Notes: generated by a model not told the origin, from the letters alone. DNA of 64,000 bases from Opitutales bacterium (GCA_965226885.1 CBDDEL010000014.1:192001-256000); one strand, 5' to 3'; numbered from the stretch's first letter, positions 10,715 through 21,726 are shown. Numbers and translations: made by a program.

Positions 10715-12250
10715 ATGACCCAGGAAATTGGAAAGGGCAAATCCCTCCTTATTTTTATTGTGGCTTATAATGCCGAAAGCACTCTCTTGAGCACGTTGCG
10801 GCGCATTCCTGAAAGTCTGCATAAAAAATGCCGTTGCCGCATTCTCATTATCGACGATTCCTCCGTCGATGAAACTTTTACCCTCGGCCTCGATTTCAAA
10901 AAACAAAATCCCGGCCTGGATATGGAAGTCCTTTTCAACCCCGTCAACCAGGGCTATGGGGGCAATCAAAAATTAGGCTACAAATATGCCATCGACCACG
11001 GGTTTGACGCGGTGGCCTTGCTCCATGGCGACGGCCAGTATGCGCCGGAAATGCTGGAAGAGCTGGCCAGGCCGGTACTTGAGGGGCGATGCGACGCCGT
11101 TTTCGGCAGCCGCATGTCGAAGCCGCGGCAGGCTTTAAAAGGCGGTATGCCCCTCTACAAATATGTGGGCAACCGCATTTTGACGATCCTCCAGAACAAG
11201 CTTTTGAGGGCCAGCCTGAGTGAGTTTCATTCCGGCTACCGCATTTATTCGGTGAGGGCTTTGGCCGGGATACCTTTTCAAAACAATACCAACGACTTCC
11301 ATTTCGATACCGAAATCATCATCCAGTTTTTGATGAAAAAATATGTCATCAAGGAAATTCCCATTCCCACTTATTATGGTGATGAAATATGCTACGTGAA
11401 CGGTTTCAAGTATGCCCGCGATGTCGTATGGACGACCATTGCCAGCCGATTGCACGGCATGGGTATTCGCTACCGCAGAGTCTTTGATGTGCAAGGTCCA
11501 CAGGACGACTACGATCTTAAACTGGGTTATGCCTCTTCCCACACGGTCGTTCTCGATACGGTTCCAAACGGTTCAAGGATTCTAGATCTAGGCTGCGGCC
11601 AGGGATTGCTGGCTAGGGAATTGAAAAAAAAAGGATGCCACGTGCATGGCGTCGATTTGCACGAACTGGTAGATCCTTCCAATGTCGATGAATTCACCCG
11701 CGGCGATCTTAATTTCGAAAGCCTCGCTCTTCCCGTCGAGGAGGAAGATTTTGTTTTGCTACTCGATATAATCGAACATCTGTCCAGCCCGGAAGATTTT
11801 CTGGAACGGCTGCGCGCGGCCATTCCCCATAAGGCGGCGAAAACCAGTATCCTCATAACAGTTCCCAATGTAGCCTTTTGCATTATCCGTTTTCAACTCC
11901 TGTTCGGTAAATTTCAATACGGTAAATCGGGTATCCTGGACCTTACCCACCGGCGGCTCTTTACGAAAAGTTCCCTCCGCATCCTGCTGCGGCAAAACGG
12001 TTATGAGATTGAAGAACTTAGAGGCATTCCGGCCCCTTTTCCCAAAGCCCTGGGGGATCATTTTTTCAGCCGGACCTTGCTCGCCCTGAACCGCTTCCTG
12101 ATCAAGCTTAGCCTGGGGATGTTTTCCTATCAAATTTTTGTTCGGGTGAAAGCCTTGCCCACGGTTGACGATTTGCTGGAGGCGACCAGGAAATCCTCGC
12201 AACAGCGGGCCTCGAGGCACTTTGAAAAGGAAAATGAAGCGGTTTCCTAA
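10715..12250 (+). CDS. Bifunctional GT2 glycosyltransferase / class I SAM methyltransferase
   Basis: IVAYNAE, IIDDSS, NQGYGGNQK, LHGDGQY (DPM1-like GT2); ILDLGCGQG and DIIEHL (methyltransferase). Confidence 0.88.
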   Translation: MTQEIGKGKSLLIFIVAYNAESTLLSTLRRIPESLHKKCRCRILIIDDSSVDETFTLGLDFKKQNPGLDMEVLFNPVNQGYGGNQKLGYKYAIDHGFDAVALLHGDGQYAPEMLEELARPVLEGRCDAVFGSRMSKPRQALKGGMPLYKYVGNRILTILQNKLLRASLSEFHSGYRIYSVRALAGIPFQNNTNDFHFDTEIIIQFLMKKYVIKEIPIPTYYGDEICYVNGFKYARDVVWTTIASRLHGMGIRYRRVFDVQGPQDDYDLKLGYASSHTVVLDTVPNGSRILDLGCGQGLLARELKKKGCHVHGVDLHELVDPSNVDEFTRGDLNFESLALPVEEEDFVLLLDIIEHLSSPEDFLERLRAAIPHKAAKTSILITVPNVAFCIIRFQLLFGKFQYGKSGILDLTHRRLFTKSSLRILLRQNGYEIEELRGIPAPFPKALGDHFFSRTLLALNRFLIKLSLGMFSYQIFVRVKALPTVDDLLEATRKSSQQRASRHFEKENEAVS

Positions 12251-14384
12251 AGGTCTGCTGAATTGGCGAAAAGGGGATTCCGCCGGTTTTCGGATTTCAT
12301 CGGATCGGCTTTTGGGTTTGGCTTGCGGAACGCTGGTTTTTGTTTGGCCCTTTATTTTTTTTCGCGCCTTCCTCTCTTCCTACAGTCCGATCGCCATCGA
12401 CAATGATTTTTATGTGCTTTATTACGGTCATAAGGCCTACTTTCTGGAGATGATGGCTCAGGGCCATTTCCCTCTTTGGTCTCCGGGGGAGGGGGCCGGC
12501 TTTCCCTTTTTCTCAAATCCGTTCAACCAGGTTTTTTACCCTTTAAACGTTCCCCTCGTTTATTTTTACAAAATCTTTGACCAGTATTCGGTCTTTGAGC
12601 ACCAGATTTATTCCGTTTTTGGAGCCGCACTCTTTGGTTTGGGGCTTTATTTCTGGCTGGGGCAAATCCTGCCGTGCCGCCGGGGGGCATTGTTCGCGGC
12701 CCTCGTTTTCTCGATCAGTTTCAAAATCGGCGATCTGATGCGGCTGCCCAACGCGATCCATGCGGCGGCCTGGATACCCTGGATTTTATATGGAATCGCC
12801 CGCGCCCGGGAAACTAATAAAAGCCGTGAATGCGCGCTTATTCTCTTTGCCGCCTGTATCATGCTGCTTACCGCCGGTTACCCCTACTACTGTTATTACT
12901 GCCTGTTCCTGATCCCCCCTTATGTTGTTTTGCTGCTTTTTGAGAAAACCCGCCGGGCCCTCCATTTCCAATCTGGGCCGCCGCCGGTATCCAATTTGCG
13001 GTTTATGGCAGCTTGTGCCATCCCGGCCCTTACAGCCCTATTGATAACGATTCCTTATTACCGGAAAATGTTTCAGCTTTTTGAGAGAACGGCCGGGCGC
13101 GGTGGGAAAAGCTATGAATTTTCCACCTCTTTTATTTTCGATATCATCGATTCCATCGGGTCGTTGATTTTTCCACCCTCCGCCCAGGCCGACGGATGGT
13201 TTTATTTCGGTTTTACGGGATTGTTTTTAATCACTTTATACACCGTAATCGTTTTCCGGAATCGAGAAAGGATGCGCCGCGATTGGCTCTTTGTGGGAAT
13301 CGGGGTTTGCTGGTTTTTGGTTATTTCGATGATTACCTATGGAAAACAATCCTACCTGTTTGACTTTCTCTACCGATGGCTACCCGGTTTTGACAGTTTG
13401 AGGGTTTGGAGCCGTTTAAACATCATCCTGGTTCCCCTTCTGGCTCTGGCAGTGGCAAGAGCCTATCTGCATTTTGAATCTCTGGTTTCCCAAAGTATGG
13501 AAAAAACTAGCGACAGGAGTCGGTTGGGTCCACTCTGCGTTCTCTCAGCGGCGGCCATTGTCTTTGGTTTTTTGCAGTTGCTGCTTTTGAACTTTAAAAT
13601 TTTCGACTCCTACTGGGTCGATATGTTCTACTACCTGCATGGGGCTGAGTGGCGATTTCCGGTATTGAACCTGATTGCCGTTTTGCTGCTGGCGGGAATC
13701 CTGTTGATAGCCCTTAAAAAGCCCTTTGCTTCCCAATTTTCGAAATATGCGCTCGTTTTAATACTGACGGTGGCGGCTTTTGCCGAACTTTCCCTGGCCG
13801 GAGGGGCCAAACAGTGGATTTACGCTAATGTTTACGGTTCCAAAAAAATAACTCCCCGTTTTGTCAGATACATCCCCGCCGCATTTTTCATTCCCAGGGT
13901 CCGGAGTTATTATACCTTCAAGTTTCCGCATTTCAATGTCGGCGTGATCGACCAATGGTATTTTCAGGATTACCTGGAGTTTTACGGCAGAACATTTGAT
14001 GATTGGGGGGAGGTCAAAGTTGCCCATAAAGTGCCCTATTTCAATGAGTTAATGGGCATTGCCAGGCCCAAGCTTCTCTTTGTCTCCGAACGTATCGACC
14101 ATCCCACCATGGAGGATTTCCTGGCCGATTCCGAAAGGGCCGAAGCGGCTCAAGGTTTCAACCTCGAACTGCTCCACTACGACGGCGACCTGCTCACGTT
14201 CAACCTCATCGTTGGGCAATCCGCCTATGTCAGCTTTATCGACAATTGGGATCCCGACTGGAAGGCCTATGTCAATGGCCGGGAAGTTCCCATCCACAAA
14301 TTGTTCGGCACATTTAAAGCGGTCGCCCTGGAACCGGGTTTGAATGAGGTGCGATTTGCCTACCAGCCATTCTCATTTTTATAA
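12234..14384 (+). CDS. YfhO-like multi-pass membrane protein (GT-C-type)
   Basis: GHFPLWSPGEGAGFPFF, FYPLN, many TM segments, C-terminal WDPDWKAYVNG...FAYQP. Start overlaps the upstream gene. Confidence 0.7.
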   Translation: MKRFPKGLLNWRKGDSAGFRISSDRLLGLACGTLVFVWPFIFFRAFLSSYSPIAIDNDFYVLYYGHKAYFLEMMAQGHFPLWSPGEGAGFPFFSNPFNQVFYPLNVPLVYFYKIFDQYSVFEHQIYSVFGAALFGLGLYFWLGQILPCRRGALFAALVFSISFKIGDLMRLPNAIHAAAWIPWILYGIARARETNKSRECALILFAACIMLLTAGYPYYCYYCLFLIPPYVVLLLFEKTRRALHFQSGPPPVSNLRFMAACAIPALTALLITIPYYRKMFQLFERTAGRGGKSYEFSTSFIFDIIDSIGSLIFPPSAQADGWFYFGFTGLFLITLYTVIVFRNRERMRRDWLFVGIGVCWFLVISMITYGKQSYLFDFLYRWLPGFDSLRVWSRLNIILVPLLALAVARAYLHFESLVSQSMEKTSDRSRLGPLCVLSAAAIVFGFLQLLLLNFKIFDSYWVDMFYYLHGAEWRFPVLNLIAVLLLAGILLIALKKPFASQFSKYALVLILTVAAFAELSLAGGAKQWIYANVYGSKKITPRFVRYIPAAFFIPRVRSYYTFKFPHFNVGVIDQWYFQDYLEFYGRTFDDWGEVKVAHKVPYFNELMGIARPKLLFVSERIDHPTMEDFLADSERAEAAQGFNLELLHYDGDLLTFNLIVGQSAYVSFIDNWDPDWKAYVNGREVPIHKLFGTFKAVALEPGLNEVRFAYQPFSFL

Positions 14385-14456
14385 ACTGCTCAATTCAAAC
14401 ATTGACCATAGTTTATCATTGGTATTTATTGCCCTCTTTTTTCATTTGTAGAAGCG

Positions 14457-14496
14457 CAACAGCAGGCATCCAAGGTCAACAGCAGGCATCCAAGGT
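14457..14496. repeat. Perfect 20-bp tandem duplication CAACAGCAGGCATCCAAGGT x2 in the tig leader
   Basis: Read directly; the second copy overlaps the GTG start. Confidence 0.97.
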
Positions 14497-15811
14497 GAAT
14501 GTTACTATCCAAGAGGTCAGTGAGACCCGCAAAAAATTAATCGTATCCATATCCGGGGAGGAAATTCTGGAGGAGGAAAAATCTCTCCTTAAGGAATTCA
14601 TCCAGCAAGTCCGGATTCCCGGTTTTCGTCCCGGCAAGGCGCCCCCGCAGCTTGTCCGTTCGCGCTACGCCAAGGAATTTGCCGGCGAGCTGAATCGAAA
14701 GCTATCCGCCAGCGCTTACGAAAAGGCCGCCAAGGAGGCCGATATGGATATTGCCGGCGTAATTGAAATGGATGAGGGGGAGTTTGATTCCAGCCGGGAG
14801 GGCCAGATCACTTTTACCGTCGATGTAAATCCACACTTCAATCTTCCTGAGTACAAGGGAATCAAGACCGAAGTGGTGTCCGAGGAAGTTTCCGACGAAG
14901 AAATCGAAACCGCCATTGAGGAAATGCACAAACAACGTTCCAGCTTTGATGTGGTCGATCGAGCCGCGGCCCAGGGAGATTTCGTCAAGGTAAGTTATGA
15001 GGGCGAGATCGAGGGTCGGCCCATTGCCGAAATCGCGCCGGACAAGCCGATTTGGGGAAAACAGGAAAATACCTGGGAGGAGGCCGGGACTAAAAAAGAA
15101 GAATTAGGGGTTCCGGCGGTTGTGGAAGGCATCGTGGGAATGAATGTGGGGGAGAAAAAAGAGGCGGAAATGGAATTTCCGGAAGATTTCCAGGTTCCGG
15201 AATTGGCCGGTAAAAAAGCCAATTACAAGTTTGAAGTCCATGAGGTGCGGACCCGTGTCTTGCCCGAACTGGATAAAAAATTTCTCGAAAGCATGAAACT
15301 TGAAAGCGTTGAGCAGCTAAAGGACCAGGTATTTGAGGATTTGGAGAACCGGAAAAAATACCAGAACCGGCAGGATAAGCGTCAACAAATTATCGAGGAA
15401 CTCAATTCACGGGTAGAATTTTCATTGCCGGAGAGCACTTTGGAAAACGAGACCAACATCGCCATGAGGGAGATCATGATGCAAAATATGGATCGCGGAG
15501 TGCCCGAAAGCGAATTTGAAAAGCATAAAGAGGAAATCTATGAAAACGCCCGCCGTGCCGCCGCCCGGCGTGTGAAAACAGGCATTCTAATCTCAAGAAT
15601 CGCGGCGGAGGAGAAAATTTCCGTTGAGCAGAAGGATATGCAAGCAGCCATATTTTCTCAGGCCATGGCCACACGCACAAAGCCGGATGATTTCGTCAAG
15701 GAAATCCAAAAAGATCCCGCCCGCTTGCAGGCTTTGCAAAAATCGGCTTTAAACGATAAAGTCCTCGAGTGGTTGGTCCAAGAGTCCGTGGAGGAGATAA
15801 AATCCGATTAA
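14495..15811 (+). CDS. tig: Trigger factor
   Basis: IPGFRPGKAP ribosome-binding motif, FKBP-like domain, position upstream of clpP-clpX. GTG start inferred. Confidence 0.95.
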   Translation: MNVTIQEVSETRKKLIVSISGEEILEEEKSLLKEFIQQVRIPGFRPGKAPPQLVRSRYAKEFAGELNRKLSASAYEKAAKEADMDIAGVIEMDEGEFDSSREGQITFTVDVNPHFNLPEYKGIKTEVVSEEVSDEEIETAIEEMHKQRSSFDVVDRAAAQGDFVKVSYEGEIEGRPIAEIAPDKPIWGKQENTWEEAGTKKEELGVPAVVEGIVGMNVGEKKEAEMEFPEDFQVPELAGKKANYKFEVHEVRTRVLPELDKKFLESMKLESVEQLKDQVFEDLENRKKYQNRQDKRQQIIEELNSRVEFSLPESTLENETNIAMREIMMQNMDRGVPESEFEKHKEEIYENARRAAARRVKTGILISRIAAEEKISVEQKDMQAAIFSQAMATRTKPDDFVKEIQKDPARLQALQKSALNDKVLEWLVQESVEEIKSD

Positions 15812-15900
15812 GGTTTCCCCATTTGCAACGTCATATGATTATATTCAAAGAGTATTATAGTCCCGCAGCTGGTTTCAACCATCCGTTAAATTCCCTTGCT

Positions 15901-15980
15901 TCGATGGTGGGGATGAACTAATTAAAGACTAAAAACCCAATCGATGGTGGGGATGAACTAATTAAAGACTAAAAAACCAA
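15901..15980. repeat. 40-bp tandem duplication (1 mismatch) upstream of clpP
   Basis: TCGATGGTGGGGATGAACTAATTAAAGACTAAAAA(C/A)CCAA x2. Confidence 0.97.
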
Positions 15981-16000
15981 TCTAATAAGGAGAAAAACTA

Positions 16001-16621
16001 TTGAGCTATTATCTTCCCATACCAAGCGTCGTTGAAAACGACGGCCGCACGGAGAGAGAGTGGAATATTTACAGCCGGCTGTTGAAGGACCGGATCATTT
16101 TTGTCGGGACTGCCATCGACGATTATGTGGCCAATGGCGTAATCGCCCAGCTACTTTTTCTGGAGATGGAGGACCCGAAAAAAGACATCAATATTTACAT
16201 CAATTCCCCCGGAGGCAGCGTGACCGACGGCATGGCGGTTTACGACACGATGAATTTCCTTTCCTGCGATGTGGCCACAACCTGTATCGGGCAAGCGGCC
16301 AGCATGAGCACCGTTTTGCTGGCTGCGGGCACTCCGGGCAAGCGCAGCGTTCTGCCGCACAGCAGGGTCATGATTCACCAGCCCACCGGGGGCGCCACCG
16401 GGCAAGCCTCGGACATTTCTATCGCGGCCAGGGAAATCCTGCGCTGGAAACGCATTATAAATGAAATTCTGGCCGAACACACGGGCCGGGATATTGCGCT
16501 GATCGAAAGCGATTCCGACCGCGATTACTACATGACTGCCACTGAGGCCAAGGATTACGGCATCGTTGACCATGTCATTGAATTTAAAAAAGACCGTTTG
16601 AAGAAGAAAAAGAGCGCCTGA
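16001..16621 (+). CDS. clpP: ATP-dependent Clp protease proteolytic subunit
   Basis: [37 protein letters not shown] start after AAGGAG. Confidence 0.96.
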   Translation: MSYYLPIPSVVENDGRTEREWNIYSRLLKDRIIFVGTAIDDYVANGVIAQLLFLEMEDPKKDINIYINSPGGSVTDGMAVYDTMNFLSCDVATTCIGQAASMSTVLLAAGTPGKRSVLPHSRVMIHQPTGGATGQASDISIAAREILRWKRIINEILAEHTGRDIALIESDSDRDYYMTATEAKDYGIVDHVIEFKKDRLKKKKSA

Positions 16622-16633
16622 TTCGATCAATTT

Positions 16634-17935
16634 ATGGCCCGTTCCACGAAAATAACCTTCTGTTCCTTCTGCGGAAAATCGCAGAATGAAGTCCGCAAAA
16701 TGATTGCCGGACCGTCCGGGGTTTATATTTGCGATTCCTGCGTCTCTGTCTGCAAAACCATCATTGACCGAGAGCTTCGCTCCCCTGAGGGAAGTGCCGA
16801 AACCGCCTTCAAACTCGTCAAACCCTCCGAGATCAAGAAATCCTTGGACGATTATATCATCGGACAGGATCAGGCCAAGAAGGTGCTCGCGGTGGCCGTT
16901 TACAATCATTACAAACGGCTCATGGCGGAGAAACCGGTCGCCGGCATCTCACTCGGCGGCAGCAGGCATGAGTTCGATGGAGTCGAGATCGAAAAGAGCA
17001 ACATACTGCTGGTGGGGCCGACCGGCAGCGGCAAAACCCTTTTGGCCAGAACCCTGGCCAACCTGCTTGAGGTGCCTTTTGCCATTACCGACGCCACCAC
17101 CCTGACCGAGGCCGGTTATGTCGGCGAGGATGTCGAAAATATCGTTTTGCGGCTTTTGCAGTCCGCCAATTACGATGTCAAAAAAGCCGAATGCGGCATC
17201 ATTTATGTTGACGAGATCGACAAGATCGGGCGCAAGACGGATAATGTTTCCATCACCCGCGATGTTTCTGGAGAAGGGGTCCAGCAGGCGCTGCTCAAAA
17301 TACTCGAGGGAACCGTTTGCAATGTTCCCCCGCAGGGAGGGCGCAAGCACCCCAATCAAGAATACATCCAGGTCGATACCAGCAATATCCTCTTTATTTG
17401 CGGCGGCGCCTTTGTCGGTCTGAAAAACCTTATTCGTCAACGAGTGGGGGTTAGGATTCTCGGCTACAACTCGGCTCGGGAGGAATTACATCAGGAAAAA
17501 GATGACAGCGAATTGATGAAACGGATCGCTCCGGCAGACCTCATGAAATACGGCATGATTCCGGAATTTGTGGGCCGCCTGCCGGTTATTTCGATTCTCC
17601 ATGAATTGCGCATTGGAGAACTCGAGAAAATTCTCCTCAACACACGTAATGCCCTTATCAAGCAATACGGGAAATTGTTCGCCATGGAAGGGGTGCGCCT
17701 CAATTTCACCAAGGATGCGATTCGCGCAGTGGCCGAAGAGGCCATCTCCCTGAAGACTGGCGCTCGCGCCCTGCGCTCAATACTGGAAAGGCTCATGCTC
17801 GACATTATGTATGAAATTCCCAATCTAGATGAGATTGAGGAGGTAGCCATTACGAGGGCCGTGGTAGAGGGCAAACGTCAGCCCAGGCTGCGCAAAATGG
17901 TGAAGGTTAAAAAAGCGGGCAAAGACGCCGCCTGA
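16634..17935 (+). CDS. clpX: ATP-dependent Clp protease ATP-binding subunit
   Basis: Zinc finger CSFC...[39 protein letters not shown]. Confidence 0.97.
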   Translation: MARSTKITFCSFCGKSQNEVRKMIAGPSGVYICDSCVSVCKTIIDRELRSPEGSAETAFKLVKPSEIKKSLDDYIIGQDQAKKVLAVAVYNHYKRLMAEKPVAGISLGGSRHEFDGVEIEKSNILLVGPTGSGKTLLARTLANLLEVPFAITDATTLTEAGYVGEDVENIVLRLLQSANYDVKKAECGIIYVDEIDKIGRKTDNVSITRDVSGEGVQQALLKILEGTVCNVPPQGGRKHPNQEYIQVDTSNILFICGGAFVGLKNLIRQRVGVRILGYNSAREELHQEKDDSELMKRIAPADLMKYGMIPEFVGRLPVISILHELRIGELEKILLNTRNALIKQYGKLFAMEGVRLNFTKDAIRAVAEEAISLKTGARALRSILERLMLDIMYEIPNLDEIEEVAITRAVVEGKRQPRLRKMVKVKKAGKDAA

Positions 17936-17971
17936 GCTTGAATAAGAAAACTTTTCCGGCCCGCTGTATGA

Positions 17972-19045
17972 TTACCAGCGACCGTGGCTGCCCTTTTTGA
18001 GCGATCGGGCGAAGGCCACGATGAGCCGGATGCAGTTTTCGATATCTTCCAGGTCCACCAGTTCGCTGGGGGTGTGCATATAGCGCAGCGGGATGGACAA
18101 AACGGCCGTGGCCACGCCGGCCCGCCCGATCTGGATGGACCTGCCGTCGGTTCCGGTGGGCCGTGGGTCCGCCTCCATCTGAAAAGGTATGCCCTCCTTT
18201 TCCGCGGAATTTATTAACATTTTTAAAATGACAGGGTTGATGTTGGCCCCACGGGTCAAAATAGGGCCGCCCCCCAGCTTGGTTTCTCCATATTTGCGGT
18301 TGTCGCAGTCGGGATGGTCGGTGGCATGGCTGACATCCACGGCGATGCCAAATTGCGGATTGACCGAATAGGCCGCGGGAATGGCTCCGCGTGTGCCGAT
18401 CTCCTCCTGGGCGGTCGAAACGGCTACCACTTTGGCGTGGAGCCGTTTTAGTTTGGCCAATCTTAGAAGGGCTTCGTTGACTACGTAGGCGCCCGCCTTG
18501 TTGTCGAAGGCCCGGGCCACTCCGACGCTTCCGCGCAAAAGCTCGAAACTCTGGTCGTAAATGGCGGGATCGCCGATTTGCACGATTTTGAGGGCCTCCT
18601 TTTTGTCTTTGGCCCCGATATCGATCCACATCTGGTGCAGTTCCGGCACCTTTTTGCGATCTTCGGGAGTCATCAGGTGAACGGCTTTCTTGCCTGTGAC
18701 CCCTTTGACAATTCCCTTTTTTGTCAGGATAGCCACCCTCCGGCCGGAAATCATAATCTTGTCGTGCCCGCCGATGGTATCGAAATAGAGGAACCCATTT
18801 TTATCGACGTAACGAATTTGCAAACCCAGTTCATCCATGTGGCCGGCCAGCATAAGGACCGGGTTGCCCTTGGGGTTGATCGTGGCGATGCGGTTGCCCA
18901 TGGTATCTTTTTCATAAACATCGGCAACGGGTTTGATGACCCGATCGACGACCGCCTGGGCTTCCCCCTCATAACCGGAAGGAGAACGAGCATTGAGCAG
19001 GTCGATTAAAAATTTTGGTGGCGCCAGGATTTTCTTTTTCGGCAT
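17972..19045 (-). CDS. M42 family metallopeptidase
   Basis: SPSGYE, AGHMDELG, AFDNKAG, QEEIG, GTDG, PLRYMHTPSE. Confidence 0.92.
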   Translation of the reverse strand: MPKKKILAPPKFLIDLLNARSPSGYEGEAQAVVDRVIKPVADVYEKDTMGNRIATINPKGNPVLMLAGHMDELGLQIRYVDKNGFLYFDTIGGHDKIMISGRRVAILTKKGIVKGVTGKKAVHLMTPEDRKKVPELHQMWIDIGAKDKKEALKIVQIGDPAIYDQSFELLRGSVGVARAFDNKAGAYVVNEALLRLAKLKRLHAKVVAVSTAQEEIGTRGAIPAAYSVNPQFGIAVDVSHATDHPDCDNRKYGETKLGGGPILTRGANINPVILKMLINSAEKEGIPFQMEADPRPTGTDGRSIQIGRAGVATAVLSIPLRYMHTPSELVDLEDIENCIRLIVAFARSLKKGSHGRW

Positions 19046-19098
19046 GGGATTTAAGCAGTCATACAATTAATTTCGGGAAAGGGTTAAAGGGTTATATA

Positions 19099-20915
19099 GA
19101 GGCTGTCCCAAAAGGGTGATTTTTGCGAGGGCTTTTGATAGGCGCTCATTTTAGAGGTATTTGCATTTGGGAGAGTATCAACTTTGCTCTCCTATGACGT
19201 TAGGATACTGGTTTTGGGGTCCGGTTGCCTGGTTTTCTTTGTATGAGCCGACAGTAAGGCTGTGAAAAAGTATTGTCCTTGCTTTTCCGCTCTCTAGGCC
19301 GCCGCTTTGGTTTTTAGTTCGTCTTGCTGGGCCAGCATCTTGGCTACTTTCCATAGGTTGTGCGAGAGTACCGACCAGGCTACGCTGATCGAGCGGTTGG
19401 CAAAGCCTTTGCTGCGCAACCGCCCGGCCTGCCAGCGATTCTTCAATACCCCGATCCGCCCTTCGGTGCTGGCCCGGCGCTTTTGCAATTGTCTGAACAG
19501 TGGTTCCTCCCTCCGTTTTTTCAACTGCTTCGGATCGCGTGGACAGAGCGCGTCGTAGATTCCCTCCTGGGCTAACTGCCGGCGGGCCCGCTGGGAGGCA
19601 AATCCCCGGTCCGCGCACATGGCCGCTATGGGTTCTTCCAGGTTGAAGCGGTTCTGTCTTTGCAAACTCTCTTGCATTTGTTCATTTTCGCTTGGAGTTC
19701 GGCTGCCGTAGAGTTTCCAGTCCAGCAGGTACCCTTCAACGCTTTCTCCCAAAAACAGGGTGTTGCCGAACTCGACCTCTTGGCCCGCTTTACCTCGCAC
19801 AATCACCTGCCCATCGAGTTCGTAAACACTCAAGACTTTCTCTGCGTTTTTCACCTGGCGGCCGCCAATGATCCGCTCGTGCGCCTGTTTGATGACCACC
19901 GGGATTTGCTCGCTCATGCGCTCCATCCGGGCGAGGATCTGTTGGACCTGTTTTTCGCTGTAATCGCTTTGCTCCCAGCAGGCTTGCAATAATTCCCGGT
20001 GACTGCGGGCATGCTCCCCGATCCGTTTGAGCAGCTTTTTCATCTGCCTCAAGATACCCTTGCGCTGCCGCGCGCTGTCCTTTCGCCGCCGGCTGTGGGT
20101 CATCTGTATGCACAGCCGATTCATCTGCCGAGCCAAGGGCTCCGGTTCGATCGGCATGCGATGGCGCAAACCGGCCTTCTCGCGGATCAGCCGGATCGCT
20201 TTGAGCAACGTGCCGGCTACATCCTTGAGTAATACCCAGTCCGTCGGCCAATGAATGTTAGCCTCCAAACAGGTGCCGTCGATCAGGCAAATGGTGGTGT
20301 CAATCGGCTTGTCCAATCCCACCTGCCGGGCCAGAAGGGCATCGCCCACCACCTCAGTCAAGGTCCGGTGCAAGGCCCTCAACTGCTCTTCGCTGAAAAA
20401 CTTCGAGGCCCGCTCCAGGGTGCTTTTGGAGATGCCCCTGATGCCATCGATCTGCCGGACACGGCAAAAGTCGGCCAACAGATCGCTGCTGCCCAGAGCC
20501 CGCGACAAATGCCGAAACGAAATCCCTCCGAGCAGACGGCCCAGCGTATCCATGCGCAGTGCCTTGATGGCAAAACTGGCCCGCTGCCGCCGGGCCTTTA
20601 GACCCATTGGCTGCCACCCCTCCAAGGCCAGCTCAATGGCCTGCGATTCCACCTCCGAGTCGATCAGCAGCCGATCGATTCGATCAATGGTGGCGCGGAA
20701 GTTATCGTCATCGAGGCACCGGTCGACCACAGTTAAAGCTGGACGCAGGAGGCATTGGATGGCTATATTTTTCATAGAAAGGGCTATATTGATTTTCGCT
20801 AACTCAATTATAGAACCCTTTTTTGGCCGGATCGAGCAAAAACTTGCTCTTTCCGGCTCTTTTTATCAACGTCATCCAGTTGACTATAAAATCTTTATAT
20901 TTTTGGGACAGCCTC
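19099..20915 (-). mobile_element. IS5/ISNCY-like element, copy 1 (1817 bp)
   Basis: IRs GAGGCTGTCCCAAAA...TTTTGGGACAGCCTC; 6-bp TSD TATATA; near-identical copy at 45993-47809. Family call is tentative. Confidence 0.92.
19294..20775 (-). CDS. DDE transposase (IS5/ISNCY-like)
   Basis: IDGTCLEANIHWPTD, RGKAGQEVEFG, CADRGF, RASTEGRIGVLK. Confidence 0.88.
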   Translation of the reverse strand: MKNIAIQCLLRPALTVVDRCLDDDNFRATIDRIDRLLIDSEVESQAIELALEGWQPMGLKARRQRASFAIKALRMDTLGRLLGGISFRHLSRALGSSDLLADFCRVRQIDGIRGISKSTLERASKFFSEEQLRALHRTLTEVVGDALLARQVGLDKPIDTTICLIDGTCLEANIHWPTDWVLLKDVAGTLLKAIRLIREKAGLRHRMPIEPEPLARQMNRLCIQMTHSRRRKDSARQRKGILRQMKKLLKRIGEHARSHRELLQACWEQSDYSEKQVQQILARMERMSEQIPVVIKQAHERIIGGRQVKNAEKVLSVYELDGQVIVRGKAGQEVEFGNTLFLGESVEGYLLDWKLYGSRTPSENEQMQESLQRQNRFNLEEPIAAMCADRGFASQRARRQLAQEGIYDALCPRDPKQLKKRREEPLFRQLQKRRASTEGRIGVLKNRWQAGRLRSKGFANRSISVAWSVLSHNLWKVAKMLAQQDELKTKAAA

Positions 20916-21003
20916 TATATAGGCTATCTCGAGATAAAAAGAAATTCTTTAATTTGAAATTTTTTTCTTTGGAAAATCTTTTATTTACCTTAGCTATGAT
21001 TTC

Positions 21004-21726
21004 ATGAATTTATATCCGGCAATCGACTTACGGCAGGGGCGCGTAGTGCGTCTTGAGCAGGGTAGGGTGGAACGGGAAACCGTTTACTATGATGATCCCT
21101 CGATACCGGCCGGACTCTGGAAGGATGCTGGGGCGCAATGGCTCCATGTGGTTGATCTGGATGGCGCTTTTAGCGGTCGTCCGCAAAACTGGGCCGCTAT
21201 TGAAAAAATTGCCTCCAGCGGGCTTAAGATTCAAATGGGCGGCGGTATGCGGCGTCGGCAGGATATTGAGCGGGCTTTCGAGAGCGGGGTGTCGAGGGTC
21301 GTTTTGGGCACCAGCGCAGTAGAGGACGGTGAATTTCTGCAATCCATGGTTGAGCGATTCAGCTCCCGTATTGCCGTTGGAATCGATGCCCGCTATGGCA
21401 AAGTGGCTCTGAGGGGATGGGTTGATGAAACTGAGATGACGGCCCTCGATCTCGCCCGGCGGGTTGCTTCTGTCGGTGTGGAAACGATTATATTCACCGA
21501 TATTTCCACCGACGGCATGTTGACCGGGCCGAATTTCGCGGCTCAAGAGGAGATGCTGGAAACGATTCCCATACGTCTGATTGCCTCCGGCGGGGTGGCT
21601 TCTTCAGGCGATGTGCGGAAATTTCAAATCCTGTCGGAAAGCTATCCAAACCTGGAGGGGGTCATTATCGGGAAAGCGCTTTATGATGGCAAAATAAATC
21701 TGGGTGATTGGGTCGGCCGAGACTAA
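21004..21726 (+). CDS. hisA: ProFAR isomerase
   Basis: YPAIDL..GRVVRL.QG, LHVVDLDGA, GGGMR, TDISTDGMLTGPN, ASGG, GKALY. Confidence 0.96.
   Translation: MNLYPAIDLRQGRVVRLEQGRVERETVYYDDPSIPAGLWKDAGAQWLHVVDLDGAFSGRPQNWAAIEKIASSGLKIQMGGGMRRRQDIERAFESGVSRVVLGTSAVEDGEFLQSMVERFSSRIAVGIDARYGKVALRGWVDETEMTALDLARRVASVGVETIIFTDISTDGMLTGPNFAAQEEMLETIPIRLIASGGVASSGDVRKFQILSESYPNLEGVIIGKALYDGKINLGDWVGRD

Noticed and set aside
14402..14494. N-terminal extension of tig in the ORF track
   Set aside because: It runs through the 20-bp duplication and a promoter-like region; GTG at 14495 gives a typical trigger factor start.
15901..15980. Possible mini-CRISPR
   Set aside because: Two abutting copies with no spacer and no cas genes.
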